From the NCBI RefSeq assembly GCF_037042905.1, contig NC_087259.1:28210001-28274000 (forward strand): a stretch of DNA of 64,000 nt, read 5' to 3'. Each line of letters begins with the position of its first letter. Positions within the stretch are counted from its first letter, which is position 1. Source of the DNA: Lytechinus pictus. Lineage: Eukaryota. The position numbers and the translations under genes were made by a program. Positions 50,997 to 64,000 of the stretch are shown one piece after another. The notes beneath the pieces were generated by a model. It searched no databases. It was not told the origin of the DNA and saw only the letters and a list, made by a program, of their open reading frames with translations.

Positions 50997-53900
50997 CAGT
51001 GCGTCTCAAAAAAAAACTATACACTTTTGAAATGGCTGCCAAACAAAAAATATGTCACTTTGGGGAAAAATACCTATATATATGGAAAGCCAATAAATTA
51101 AACTTTTAAATGACACCAAAAAGTTGGAAAACTATTCATGCTTGAGTGAGCACTACCCACTTAAACAAAGGGTATGAAAATTAGGGTGGGCAGGAATTAG
51201 CCTTCCAATTTCTTTCATTTTTAAGAGGCGAGTCCCTTGGAACTTGCAAAGTTGAGGGTGTTGTGATAAATTAATGATCAATTTAAATTGTTAGAGCAAA
51301 TTTCATGAATTACTATTGAAATTTCATGCATGAGTGAGTGTCAGTTGTAATCTTCAGTGCAGCATTTTAACTTTTTATCATGTGGATCTCAGCAGTGTGT
51401 TCATTGAAGTAAGGAGAATAGGGGTGAGATAGGACTTAAATGGGTGAAGTAAGCTAATGGGTAAAAGGTCAACAGAATGTTTAGACTCCCTTAGATCGAG
51501 ACTGAATGCTATTACATGTACGCATAAAGTCCAGAGCGGACTGTCAATTTGATAAATTTTGAGAATTCGGTCATCAACTTTTACCATTTGATCAACAATT
51601 TGTTAGTAAATCAATGTGATCAATTAAACATTCAGCTTTTTCAATAAATTATCAATCAATTATTCAGCTTTTTCAATGAATTCATAAATCATCATAATTA
51701 GTAAATTTCTTAGAATCATTCAATGGAAAATGAAAGACCCATCAACCATCAGTCACTTAGCATTTAAGTTTTGAATACCATGATCCAGGAGAAAGAAAGA
51801 GGGGGTGAAGGGGAGGGAATTTGTAAGAGAAAACAAAGAAGAAGAACACCCTTTTAACTGTTTAACCCAGTCTTACCCTATCTGACCCCCAGCGGCGTAA
51901 CAGGGGTCGGTGGCCAGGGGGGCGAGAGCCAAAAATTTCCCGGTCATATCATGGTATGAACAGGCATAATCATGATAATGGTGTGATGAGGCGACTATAT
52001 TGAGAAGGCCAGATATCGCGTATCGGGCAGAATTTATCTTTAAAAGAAAGTTGCGAGCGAGCGAAGCGAGCGAGCAAAAATGTTGACCTTTTTAATACAA
52101 AAATCCAATTTTGTGATAGATTTTGACATGATTATCCAGAAAATAATATATTTCACTTTTCTCTCTTTAGATTCCTTTTTTGTGGTCTGTACGCCACTGT
52201 GAACAGGATTCTTTGCGGCAGTAGCGTGAAGAGTAAAAAAAAGAAAACGAGGTGCGCAGTATAGCACATGTGCTAAAAAGTTGCTCTATATAAGTCCCGA
52301 GCGAGCGAAGCGAGCGAGAAAAAATCACCTTATCATGAGAATCTAACTTTGAGCTATTTTTTGACACTTTATTCAGTAAATAAAATCATATCCTACACTT
52401 TTCCTTTGCTTTTCTTTCCTCCTTTTTTGTTTGTTCTTGTTTGTAGAACTTTTGGGGCCATGGCCCAACCCTTTCATACGCAGTGCTGTGCGATTGGGGT
52501 CCTGGGCGGAGCCCCCGGAACTTCTTGATATCAAAACCATTTAAATCTCGCAGATTGCCGCTATTTCAATCAGATCGCGGGCATATACAGAATATAGCTT
52601 TTACACTACACATTTATTCAACCCAGTTGCGTAATGAACCAAATATTTTGAGGGGGCAAAACATAGTAATGTGGGGAAAATTTTTAAAAAGTCGCCAGCG
52701 TGCATAGCGAGCTGGAAAAAAATGCCTATTGAAATTAAATTCTAATTATGTGATAGATTTTCCATTATATTCAGCATATAACACATTTCATTGTTTCCAT
52801 TCATTCCATTATACGTTGTTTCCTATAATTTCTTTTATTTCCTCTTGGGTGTGGAACCAAGACCCCTCCCCCTCCTGTATGCCAGTGATTGAACGGGGGC
52901 GTCATAGAGCCATTTTAACTTATAAATGAAGAGCCCCTTCTGTGTGGGGTCTGGGGCAAAGCCCCGGTAGCTTATTTGCATAAAATTTAGCAAGATTATA
53001 GCACAATGTTGTATGCAGTCCATCTTTCTTCCCGCTCTTTAATTTTAATCATCGGCAGCCCGGTCGTGTTATTGTTTTTTTTTTCTTGTCCCTTTTGTTT
53101 GTTTTCCAATTTTGCTTTTGACTAATTACATTCTACCTTCGTTTCCCGCTATATTGTTTGCCATTTTGTCATCTTTTAATTTATTTCCAACGTGCTAATG
53201 CATTATACATAGGCCTATTTCGGAATGATTTGTTCTTTCTCAAATGTTCTTCTTTCGTACATTTTCCTACTTTCCTTAATTTCCATTTAAAAAAAATCTT
53301 CGTTTTCTTTTCCCTTTTCCCTTTTCTTTTCCTCCTTTCCTTTTCCCCTTTCCCTTTCTTTCTCCCTCCTTTTTTCTTTTTCCCGTTTTTCTTTTATTTT
53401 CCCGGTGAAGTTCGCCAGGGGGGGGGGCAACTTGCCCCCCCTGCCCCCCCCCCCGCCTGTTACGCCACTGCTGACCCCCCTTGCATGCAACAGGTACCAT
53501 CACATTACTCTGACTCTCACAAGCACACTTGCTAAGATCCACATAATAAACTTAAAATGCTACACTAAAATTAAAATTCCTGTTTACTCATGCACTGCAT
53601 TTCAATTTAGTAACTCATGAAATTAGCCTAAGTAAAATAAAAAACTGATCTCAATTCATCAATAATTTAGCATGACACCTTTAACTTGGCAAGTTCCAAA
53701 GGACTCACCACTAAACAAAACTGGAAGGCTAATTCCTGCTCGCCCTAGCAAAGGCTAGTCTCTCAGGATGGGAAGAAGGGGTAGAGAGAGAGAGAGAGGG
53801 GGGGGGGGGGTGGCTTGTTCTGTTGGCCTTTGTCCCATCAACCTACTTCCCCCGCCTAAGTCATATCTCATCCCTATTGTGACTCCCATTAACACATTGC

Positions 53901-54304
53901 TGAGATCCACGTGAAAAGGTCAAAATGATGCACTAAAAAATGTAATTCATGTTCACTCATGCATAAATTTAAATTGGATAATTATTGAAATTAGCTCTAA
54001 GAACCTAAATTAATAATGATTGATCATTAATTTATCACATTACCCTAAACTTTGCAAGTTCCAGGGGACTCGCTTCTCAAAAACTGAAAGAAATTGGAAG
54101 GCTAATTCATGCCCACCCTAATTTTCATACCCTTTGTTTAAGTGGGTAGTGCTCACTCAAGCATGAATAGTTTTCCAACTTTTTGGTGTCATTTGAAAGT
54201 TTAATTTATTGGCTTTCCATATATATAGGTATTTTTCCCCAAGGTGACATATTTTTTGTTTGGCAGCCATTTCAAAAGTGTATAGTTTTTTTTTAGACGC
54301 ACTG
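50997..54304. mobile_element. Tc1/mariner-type non-autonomous element with TIRs of about 400 bp
   Basis: TA|CAGTGCGTCTCAAAAAAAAACTATACACTTTTGAAATGGCTGCC ... GGCAGCCATTTCAAAAGTGTATAGTTTTTTTTAGACGCACTG|TA. Inverted similarity runs about 50997-51400 versus 53895-54304. Confidence 0.9.
51890..53470. mobile_element. hAT-like non-autonomous element nested in the Tc1-type element
   Basis: CTGACCCC|CAGCGGCGTAACAGG ... CCTGTTACGCCACTG|CTGACCCC: 8-bp TSD and CAG..CTG TIRs. Confidence 0.85.
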
Positions 54305-54398
54305 TATATGCATGTATAAGCCTACATATATAAATAACAATCTTTCAAGGGATCAAGTTCATGACTGGAATATACTTCCCTTTTATATGTATGAATTG

Positions 54399-54572
54399 AT
54401 AATAATAATAATAATAATACAGGTATATTTACCCAGGGAAGCTGCTTCAGTTCCAAAAACTGTTCTCCCAGCGGGCCCTGCTATTATTATTACCCCGGCT
54501 TTAGCTGGGCTGCCTAGGCGCTCAAAGCATTCAAGGAATTTCTTCCTACCGGGTACCCATTCATCTCACCTG
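54399..54572 (-). mobile_element. 5'-truncated SINE (core plus LINE-derived tail)
   Basis: On the minus strand CAGGTGAGATGAATGGGTACCCGG...GGCCCGCTGGGAGAACAG...CTTCCCTGGGTAAATATACC followed by (TAT)n. Confidence 0.65.
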
Positions 54573-55609
54573 ATGCATCTGATGATATATTGATACACAA
54601 TTAAAAAAATGTTTGAGAAAATTGCGTTTTATGGAATGTATATGAAAATTGGGGAAGTTGCTTACATGTAACACTAAGTAGAAAAAAAATTATTGGCAAC
54701 TGTTGTTCTTGGATTTTTTTTGGTCATAACTTAATTTTTTAATTTTTCTGTTTTTATTCAAACCACTTTGTCATTTTGGACTCCCCCTTTTAAGGCAGGC
54801 AGAGATTTTCTTTTATTCATTGAATGTTAAAAAGATGGAGGGGGGGGGGGGGAGGCCTCCCGATCAACATTTTCCAAAATAAATCTAAAACATTAAAAAC
54901 TCCTGCTATGTTTCATGTCTTTTGGTTTAACATTTTTAGAGACTAAATTTTGTCTATTTGATTCCAAAGTTTCACATAAAAAATGTGATTGTCTTTAATA
55001 TAAATCAGTTTTAAACTGAAAAATATAAATGCATAATTATTTTTTTGTTTTAAAATACTAGTAGTAAAAATACATGCTTTTTTAAAAGCAATTGGTTGAA
55101 AACAATAAAAAGTTCAACAATTAGCCTATCGGAAGGATTATCTAGTAGTTACAGCAACCCCCTCCTACAAAAAAAAATTAAGTCATGAATTTGTATTAGC
55201 ACAATCAATGAAGAACTTTAGTGATCATGAGCAACATGTGTGCAAATTTGCATGCTGATCCCCCAAGTCTAAAGACATCAAAATAAATGTCTTCTTAGTA
55301 TTACTACACACACTATGACCATGTGTATGAATGTATGTATGGATTTACATGCATTATAGGCTTTGGTAAGATGACATTCAATTGCAAAAGAGAATACAAA
55401 AACAAATGACTCGTATCATAAACATTTGGTTCTTAATTTTGCCTTCAAACAAATAATTTTATTGAACCCATAATTCAATTTTTTTTATTTTACAAAATCA
55501 TGAAATAGGGATATCTGAACTGACCTTCAGTCAACAATATTTGTGTGTCAACCTTGATACTCTTTGAAGTCAACAAACATGATCAGGCAGGTCAAATTAG
55601 ATGTCATCC

Positions 55610-55760
55610 TGGGTCTTGTTTCATTAAGACTTGTTATAATGACAAATGCACAATTTCCAATCAGAAGTTTACTACTAGCCAATCAAATTGAAGGATTTCA
55701 GTAGCTTTAAACTGTTATTGCAAATTTGTCAGTATAACAAGTTTTATGAAACAGGCCCCT
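55610..55760. mobile_element. Short palindromic MITE
   Basis: GGGTCTTGTTTCATTAAGACTTGTTATAATGACAAAT ... ATTTGTCAGTATAACAAGTTTTATGAAACAGGCCC. Confidence 0.65.
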
Positions 55761-58700
55761 GATCATAACGAAATACAGGCATTAACTATAATTTTCTGTA
55801 TCACTTCTTGGGATAAGACTTTGCAATTCTTAATGAATGAACTAAAAAACAAACAAACCGTGATTGAATATCAGTCAAAATATGAATTAGAATCACTCTC
55901 AAATAAATGGAATTCACTCACAAAGCAGAATACAAGAAAGAAATCAAAACAAGGAAAATAATTTCAAACAAAAACAAAAATAAAATTAACAATATATAAA
56001 CAAAATGAAGTTGCATTAATGAAAATGTAAAGTATTATTCTTTTTTTAAATAACAAAGAAAAAGAAGATAAAACTGCTCCCTCAAAAGGGTTTCTAACAG
56101 ATTTGCATTGATAAAAGTTCTCTGATCTAAGAGAGTGCATTGATAATGTAATTTTATCGGAATTTCATAAAGTCTCGTAAATTTCAAGGGAAGGATTTAA
56201 AAATCCATTAAATCTTTGACTAAGCTTTGTTCTAAATAGCATGCCTTAAATACTTGGAAATAAGTCAATTAGGAATCATACATTAAGTATTGAGGAATGG
56301 ACAATTCACCTCACTTTAATTTCCCTGACTGAAAATATACCTTTAAGGTCGAGTACTAGTGGCTTGCAATCAAACACATAAAGCAGTACAATGATTCACA
56401 AGTAATGAAATACACCACAGTTGAAAATAAAACTTTCCACATAATGAACGCCGTGAGTATTCATCAATTGAAAATTATGTCTATCATGATTAATTTCTAT
56501 CATTTATAACATGTACCGATCATTTTATCTCATACAAGTTCATATTCACAGAGAACAAGGGCCACATTTGTCAAGAATGAAAATATATCTACAATATATT
56601 GGTTTTGGAAGGATGGGGTACATAGTTTACCTACACACTCAGTTGCTCTTAGCAATACAAATACATATGAATAAAATATTGACCAAATCTTGAGGCCCAC
56701 TAACCCCTCTTCACAGTGCATATTAGCATTCAACACATTCTAATGAATATATAGCAGTCTTATATTTATTTTTAATCAACATCTGCATAATTTGTGTTTA
56801 CTATTCAAATAAACACAATAGTTTTTAATAATTTCAACCTTCTCTCAAAATATCAATATTCCTCACACAATATAGACAAAAGTAAATACACATTTTTTAA
56901 ACCCATGATGTGATATTTCACTCATGGACCAAGCACATAGATTAATATTCACATAAATCAAGTAATACTATTTGTCAGAATTTCTTTTCAACAATATATC
57001 TGTATCTCATAACATTCATCACCATCATAATCTAATGCTTCATTTATTTTTAATACATCACAGCATCACAAAATGTCTTGAACTTGTAGAAAAATAATAG
57101 GTTTTCTATGTCACATTTATAACTGGCATACTCTGCTGCCTTGTATTGAAATAATTCAATTTTCTTCTTTCAATGTCATGACAGATTAATAGTTCACAGT
57201 TTGAACAAGATACAATTAGTCTTCACAATACATCATTTTGAATGGTTAAGGTGAAATAATATCAGAAACACCTTTATCCTTTCTTACTACTAGTAAATAA
57301 TCAATTACACTATCTTCTTATTCAATACCAAACAGCTGCTAGGCAATTTCAGTTACCATTTCAACAATTATTTTGAAATATCAAATTTAAATGTTTTCTT
57401 ATTAAAAGAAAAAAAAAGCACACCATGAAACCAGCACCCCCCTCCCCTCCCAAAAGAAAATCATCAAAGAAATATAGATATTCATGTGATGATAGGTAGG
57501 GGCCTGTAACACATAACTTAGCATTTGAATATAGGGCTGCTATTATGATTGATTATATTTATCATTATGCGCAATCAATAATTCAACCTTACAATCAATT
57601 GTCAAGTCTCGTGTGACAGGCACCTGGTGTCCCACATGAACAGATATCATATTTTGCAAACTTGTAGAACAAATTTTTCATTTTTATAAGGAGACTGGGC
57701 TATTCCATATAATATTCTACCTGTTTGTACGTCCAACCCCCATTTTTCTTAATTTTTACTTCACTTCATAAACTGACCAAGTTATGGTCATTTGACAACA
57801 TAACAGACTGTCAGAAGAACCAGAAATTAGAGACAGAATATTTCATGAAGGTCCCATATACATGGGTTCAGACGTACATATTTTATTGAATTGCCCTACT
57901 ACAACAGAATAAATTAAAGCTTGTTGTTCATGAAAGCCATCTTACGCAACTCGGCGCATGGTGAGTGATAATTCCCCTCCATAAAAAGCAAATAAATTCA
58001 GCCTCCATCTGGATTAAGTTTACACAATTCCTGTTGTTTGTTGAAACATTCATTCGCTGTATCACAAATGACAACTCAATACAATAAGTGCATTGAAATA
58101 GAAGGTTCTCAAATTACAGATTAAGGTATTAATACTTAGCACCACTAGGTATTAATCATGTCCCTCAAATAGCACCTACAGCACAAGGTCTAATTTTCTT
58201 ACATTTTAATTGAACAGTAATCTTCACAATTTTAGATACAACTTATCTGACCAAAATTATCAATTGAAGTCTCTATTAAAAAGACGGATACAATTTAAAA
58301 TATTGAAAGACACAAAATGAAAGATATACAAAAGAGAGAAATGAATGTCTTTCATAGAATTCACAAACAACGGGACTTAAAGTCCTTAAATGAAATGAAA
58401 ATGGGATAATATTGGATGGAATAAATAAAATGCAAATGGATTAATGATGAAAATAGAATTCCCAAATAGAATATAGGTTATCAAATTTCCAAAGAAAGTT
58501 CATTTTCCAAATAATATTCCACGTTCACCGACCAGCAGTAAATAAATAACTGCATAACATAGTCCATGCCATAAAGGTATTTAAACAAAATAACAATTTA
58601 GAATACAAAATAATTCATAGTTATCACATTTTGTCACTTTTTCCACCTCAAATTTGACAATTCAAATGTATTCACTATTTAGATTGATCAGAATATTTTG

Positions 58701-60300
58701 ATTTTTAAGAAATTCCGGTTGAGTATTAATAAAAGACAACCCAAGGTACTATCATAGTAGAGAATATTGTTAATGTATGAAAAATAAGATTCACAAAAAC
58801 ACAGCACGGGATGGCAGTCTTGTTTGATATTAAACACGACAGCTACACAGAAGATATGCCTTGGAACCTTAAGACAATGATGTAAACACAAGTACTCAAG
58901 AAAATGATGTTGTAAAAGCGGTAAGGGGGTTACATTATACCCAGTCCTTAAACAAAAATTACAAAAAAGTCAGCAAAGTTTTACATGAAAGCATAAAGGA
59001 AATAAATGGTAATCGTGCAACTGTAGTTATAACAAAAACTGAGGAAGGATTCAAAATCTTACGTCAAAGTAATAATAAAGCACACAACATAGATGGACAA
59101 CTTTGGATTGGTCTTCTACATGCTATTCAGGATTGAACAACTTGCATTGAAATACTTCTTATAGTTGGCAAGGAAAATACTTCAGCAGATTTATATGAAG
59201 TTTCAAATCACAATATAAGAGCTTCATTGAAGTTCATTTAATAATTTGTTTTGAGAAGTACTTAATTTTGTTAAGAAAAAAAAATAGATGATAGAATTGT
59301 CATCTGTGCAGTCCACGATATGAATCTCAAAAGTACATGATTTTCACATACAACAACCTGCCATACAGAAATAGTAAATTACATGATTTGTTAATCAATA
59401 TGTACAAACATTTTCTCATAAAATAGTTTTTAGTTTTCACTGCAAACCAGCGCCGTGATACAGACTTACATGAAGTTCACATAACCTTTTTTTTTTTTTA
59501 GTTAGAACATCTCGGAATAAAGCATGTTGAAAAGTTCCTATATAAACTCTAATATCACCCCAAATCATATTAATAAAGCCTGAATATGCAAACCAATATA
59601 TGACTAATGGATATAGAAATGACTGATCAAAACTTTGCTGCTAAGAAAACAAGTCACTCAAGATGATCATGTTGCATTGCATGAAACGTAAGACAGATAT
59701 CAAATTTGGGCCTTTAGAATTCTTGTTGAATGTCTCTACAAATTTGAAATTCTCATTTGAAATGGGAAACCATGTCTGATTTTCCACTCATATTAGGTCA
59801 ACTCGTAACACTTAACAATAAGCACTTTTCACGTATCTGTGTTCTTTTCAAATAACTAGGTACGCTTATTTTGTAGTAGAATACCTTAAATCCATGAAAA
59901 AAGTTTTGACATTCAATAGAAACCAATGAAAACACACATTTGATTAATATGGAGAGGAAACAAGAAAAAAAAATCATCAAAGCTTAAAATGACAGCTGAG
60001 ATAAAATATAAAGAGGGAAATATCTGACACTGGCAACAAATTAATCTTTAAAATCTGTTGGAAAATATGTTTTTATTATGTCTTGTTGTTTTAAAATTGG
60101 AGAAGTTTTGCAGTTTCTTTATCATACCCTGACCAATGAGGTACCTAGAAACATATCAAGGTGGATGGTCCCACATGTTCATTTTCATGTTCGGTAATAC
60201 CCACACTTAAAACTACACTACATACACTGACCAAGGTGGTTAGAATGGCCTTGACTTACAACTGCTTCTCCAGAAATGCGTCTTGGAAGTGACACAGTTT

Positions 60301-63300
60301 CTATGCAACGGGCAAGGTCAAGGTTTCAATGTTGTCAGCGGCAATCTTGCCATTGGTAGAAGAACTCTTGCCGTTGGTGGTGCTGGTGGCACCATTGCCA
60401 TTACTGTGCTCCTGGGGTACAATTGCCTTAGCAGCTCCGTTATGAGGGGATGACATGACAGGAGAAAGAGGTGGAGAGGCTGTTACTGGCGCTCTGAGAT
60501 GCCTAGCAGTCTGATACCAACGATTCTGCATGGGATCATACAGTTCCACGCTGTTCAGGAATTCCTTGCCACTGAAGCCTCCGACGGCGTAGATCTTGCC
60601 GTCGATGACACCAACACCCACGTTGACGCGGGGCGTGGCCATACTGGCTACGGGGGCCCATTCTTCCCTCTCATGGTCATAGCATTCTACGGTGTCCAGC
60701 ACTGTTTGACCATCACTACCTCCAACTGCATAAACTTTACCTAGAATTTAAAAAAAAAAGGCACATATACAAATGAAAATAACAAATATGATCTTGAGGC
60801 AATCTCTAAAGACAGCGGATTTGATTGTCTAGTGATGTGACTTTGTTTCAGTCACTGTCTTGAAGGGAAATGTCTCCAAGGCTGAGACATGGGTGAAAAA
60901 CTTAAGAAAACCCTCAAAATAGATAAACTAATCTCACTGCTTTACTTTAATCTCGGTATTGGGTGTCTGTATCTTTAAGACTACCGGACCATACACTGCG
61001 AACTAGGAAAGTCATGCTATTGGATTCTTCTTCTTGCTCTTATGACTGCCCCTTTCAAAATGGAGGATTCTTGCAAAACTTTAAAAAAAAAAAAATTGGG
61101 GGGGGGGGGAAGGGCGATTCGAATTCATTTTGGAGATCAAATTCATCAATTACCACAAAGATGTTGAAGATCAGAGCCTTGAAATTACTTTTCCTAACCA
61201 AGAGACAATAAGCATTTGTTTGGCCCGACAGAAGCTGGCCAGGCACCCCTAAGATCTTACCTTCCAGAGTACAAGTGCCAGCACCCCTCCTGCAGGTCTT
61301 CATGGGTGATAGATACTTCCACTGGTCTTCATCAGGATGGTAGACCTCTACAGAATTGTAGCAATTCCAGGCATCTGATCCACCAATGGCATAGATATGT
61401 CCTCTAGCAGAACAAACTCCAACCTGAGCACGACCTGGTGTGTGGAAAGAAATTCCCAAGCTTTGTTAATTACTTGTGCCTTATATCCAATTTGAAAATG
61501 AATAAGGCCCCCAAAAGTTGAAAAAGTAGGAACGGTTGGTTTTGTTCTAGTAAGTGGTGTCCCTACGTGAATTTTAGCCATTATGAGGTTTGAATTTATT
61601 TTAATTCCTATATTTGCATTTTTTCCATCAAGTTTCTGTACAATTCATTCCAATGAATACCAACAAACTGTTGTATTGCTTAAGGGATTAATTTAGTTTA
61701 CTAGTCTTGTATTGTAGACTATTGAAAAGAACAGAGCCGTTTTGATATTGACCCAACTCCAGAGGAGCATATTTGGGATTTATTTATGAAGTTGCGTTGA
61801 AAGTAAAAAATGTAAACCTTTCCTGCAATGCTCCCCTGAACATGTAATTTTCATGTCAAGAAAATTGTTTTTATAAATTTATAAGTAATAAACATAAATA
61901 TATCTAAATATATTTCTTTATTCTACCGATTCACTAACATTTCCCATAAGATTATTGCAGCACACACAGGAGGAAGTATATGGGACCACAGATAAAATTA
62001 CACTGGATGTTTGGCGCTAATAACACAATTCTCAACACCTAAAGTGAGCACATTTTGATGGGGATTTGAAGAGCTTTCTTTTGCAGTAGACTCACTTAAA
62101 ATGTTTTTCTGAAATAATAGGAAAGCTAACATTAAATCATTTTACACCTTTCAAAATCTCAACTTTCTCATAATTTAGCATACCTTCATTGAGAGGGGCA
62201 ATGGATGACCATGTTGAGCTGGATGGGTCGTATCTCAAGCAATCCTTTGTACCCTGGCTACCGCTAGCACCACCAATCACATACACCTTATTATCCACCA
62301 TAGTTGCACCTGAAAGAAGAATGTCAAATTAAACTTAAAGATATAATACAAGTTCAACAAATATTATGGAATCAATGAACAATCATACCAGTAATGCTAT
62401 AAAAGGGAGATGGAATTTCAAGTTAATCTCTTACTTCATACTGCTACTTCCTATACCATTCAGTTTGAATAGACACTGGACCAAAGGCTTCCTAGTCTCC
62501 GGATTCATTACAGCTATTAAACTTTATAGCAAGAAATTAAAAGGCAAAACCAGAAAAACATACTGTAATGTTAAATGATTTTCACTGTTCAAATACATCC
62601 TACAGAATACAATTTGATCTAAGAGTCTGCGTAAGAAGGCCTTCCTATCTTCAAACAATCAAGTAAGCCAGTTAAGTCAGTATCTTTCAGACCTAACCTG
62701 CAAAACATTTGTTTCTACATTAACTAATTCAAACAGATATCTGTGATCCTAAGAGATTGACTTATAAGATTCACCTGTACATGTATATATAATATCTTAT
62801 GCTTTGAGGATCAGGCTTCAAGGCCAAACCAAGTACTCACCAAAACACGTTCTTGCACCTGGCATATCTGGAGCTCTAACCCACTTTGTCAAGGTATCAA
62901 AGCTTTCACAAGACTTCAGTTCACAGTTACCATCAGAGCCACCAATGGCAAGCAGGACACCGTTGACTGGACACAGCTGAAAGCGCCCTCTTGGTCCATA
63001 CATACGACTCAAGAACTCCCATTTGTTGGTAGTAGGGTCAAAGGCCTCCACTGTACTGTGAAACTTGCCCTGGTTGTAGCCACCTGTGAATGATTAGAAG
63101 AAAATGAACTTAACGTGTTAACCATGAAATGTCTAAGGGAAGGAGAGGTACCCCAATGTTGTGAAAGATATGCTTGCCATGTGGAAATCTCATGTTGAAT
63201 TAAAAAAAAACTTTTTGTTAATTTGAATTTAAAAAAAAGAAAAAAAAAGGTTTCGAAATATTTAAAGAAACATCTTTTTATAATATGAAAGGGACATTTA

Positions 63301-63933
63301 CCCCAATTTTCAGTATAATCATTAATTAATGGCAAAAACCTAGACAGGCCATTTCTTTGGATACAAGAAAAAAATTCATAGTTAATACAATAACAGAATA
63401 ATCACTGTAGCAAGAAAACAGCTGTGCATAAATAACTCCATCCACTCTTTGTTTACTCTTCCACAACAAGGTCTGGTTACAGAAAGAGTTCTGAAATACA
63501 GTTCTGAAAATCATTTGTCATGCAATTTTTTTTAATTCACATTTGATTACACCTCTATTTGCAATGGTCTTGGCCGTACAACTTCCTTCACCTTTTGCAA
63601 GACTCAGAGTGATATAACCCACTAAAGTGTTGGCACTACAAAAAAAATTATTATAAAATCATTTACAATATTGACATTTTAATATAAAACACATTTTATA
63701 AAGCATTATCTGTTTTAACACTTTACCTGCAACGATGAGCCTTCCCTTAAACTCTGCAATGCCGACAGCACAGCGAGGTAGTTTCATCGAAGACAGGGTT
63801 GGATGAAGGGCATCCTTCTCAATGGAGAAAGATCGGGATGGACGGTGTTTGTGCTTTGGTTTGATGCGCTTCTCGTAGAGCACCAGGGTGGCTAGCTGAT
63901 TGTCAAGAACAGTCAGGGCAACATAGTGCTCAT
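60301..63933 (-). CDS. IVNS1ABP: Influenza virus NS1A-binding protein homolog (Kelch repeats; 3' five exons, 5' part beyond the window)
   Basis: Exons 63933-63727, 63083-62841, 62309-62184, 61434-61261 and 60740-60301, all phase 1: YVALTVLDNQLATLVL...SRSFS...RLIVAGGYN...PRGRFQL...IGGSDAWNCYNSVE...RRGAG...IYAVGGFSGKEFLNSVE. The pre-Kelch segment and the WNC motif match recalled IVNS1ABP rather than generic KLHL proteins. Confidence 0.9.
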
Positions 63934-64000
63934 CTAGAATCAAGGAGAATAAATGAATCAGTTAAAAATATAAAGATCAAATCCTGATTATGGGCAGTCA

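Overview
AT-rich, intron-containing animal DNA. The poly-G/C tracts, repeat families and gene set suggest an echinoderm, probably a sea urchin (inference). Six protein-coding genes can be assembled by hand from splice sites and reading phase: TMEM203 (-, single exon), a large acidic disordered protein carrying the three conserved motifs of the meiotic BRCA2-complex factor BRME1/C19orf57 (+, 6 coding exons, about 804 aa), IMP3 (-, 6 exons, one U12-type intron), CFAP77 (+, head-to-head with IMP3), MED27 (-, 8 exons) and the 3' half of IVNS1ABP (-). Non-coding space is packed with nested mobile elements: a 4.4-kb foldback-like element with mirror-image minisatellite arrays, a Helentron-like tandem-array element inside a Kolobok-like MITE, a LINE split in frame by a 2.7-kb CACTC...GAGTG element with an 8-bp TSD, a Penelope-like element with a minimal hammerhead ribozyme, and several MITEs and SINEs. 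The most interesting leads are the invertebrate BRME1-like gene, the foldback element just upstream of it, and an excess of TA-NNNN-TA palindromes that look like transposon excision footprints. Homology calls rest on recalled protein sequences; no database search was run.
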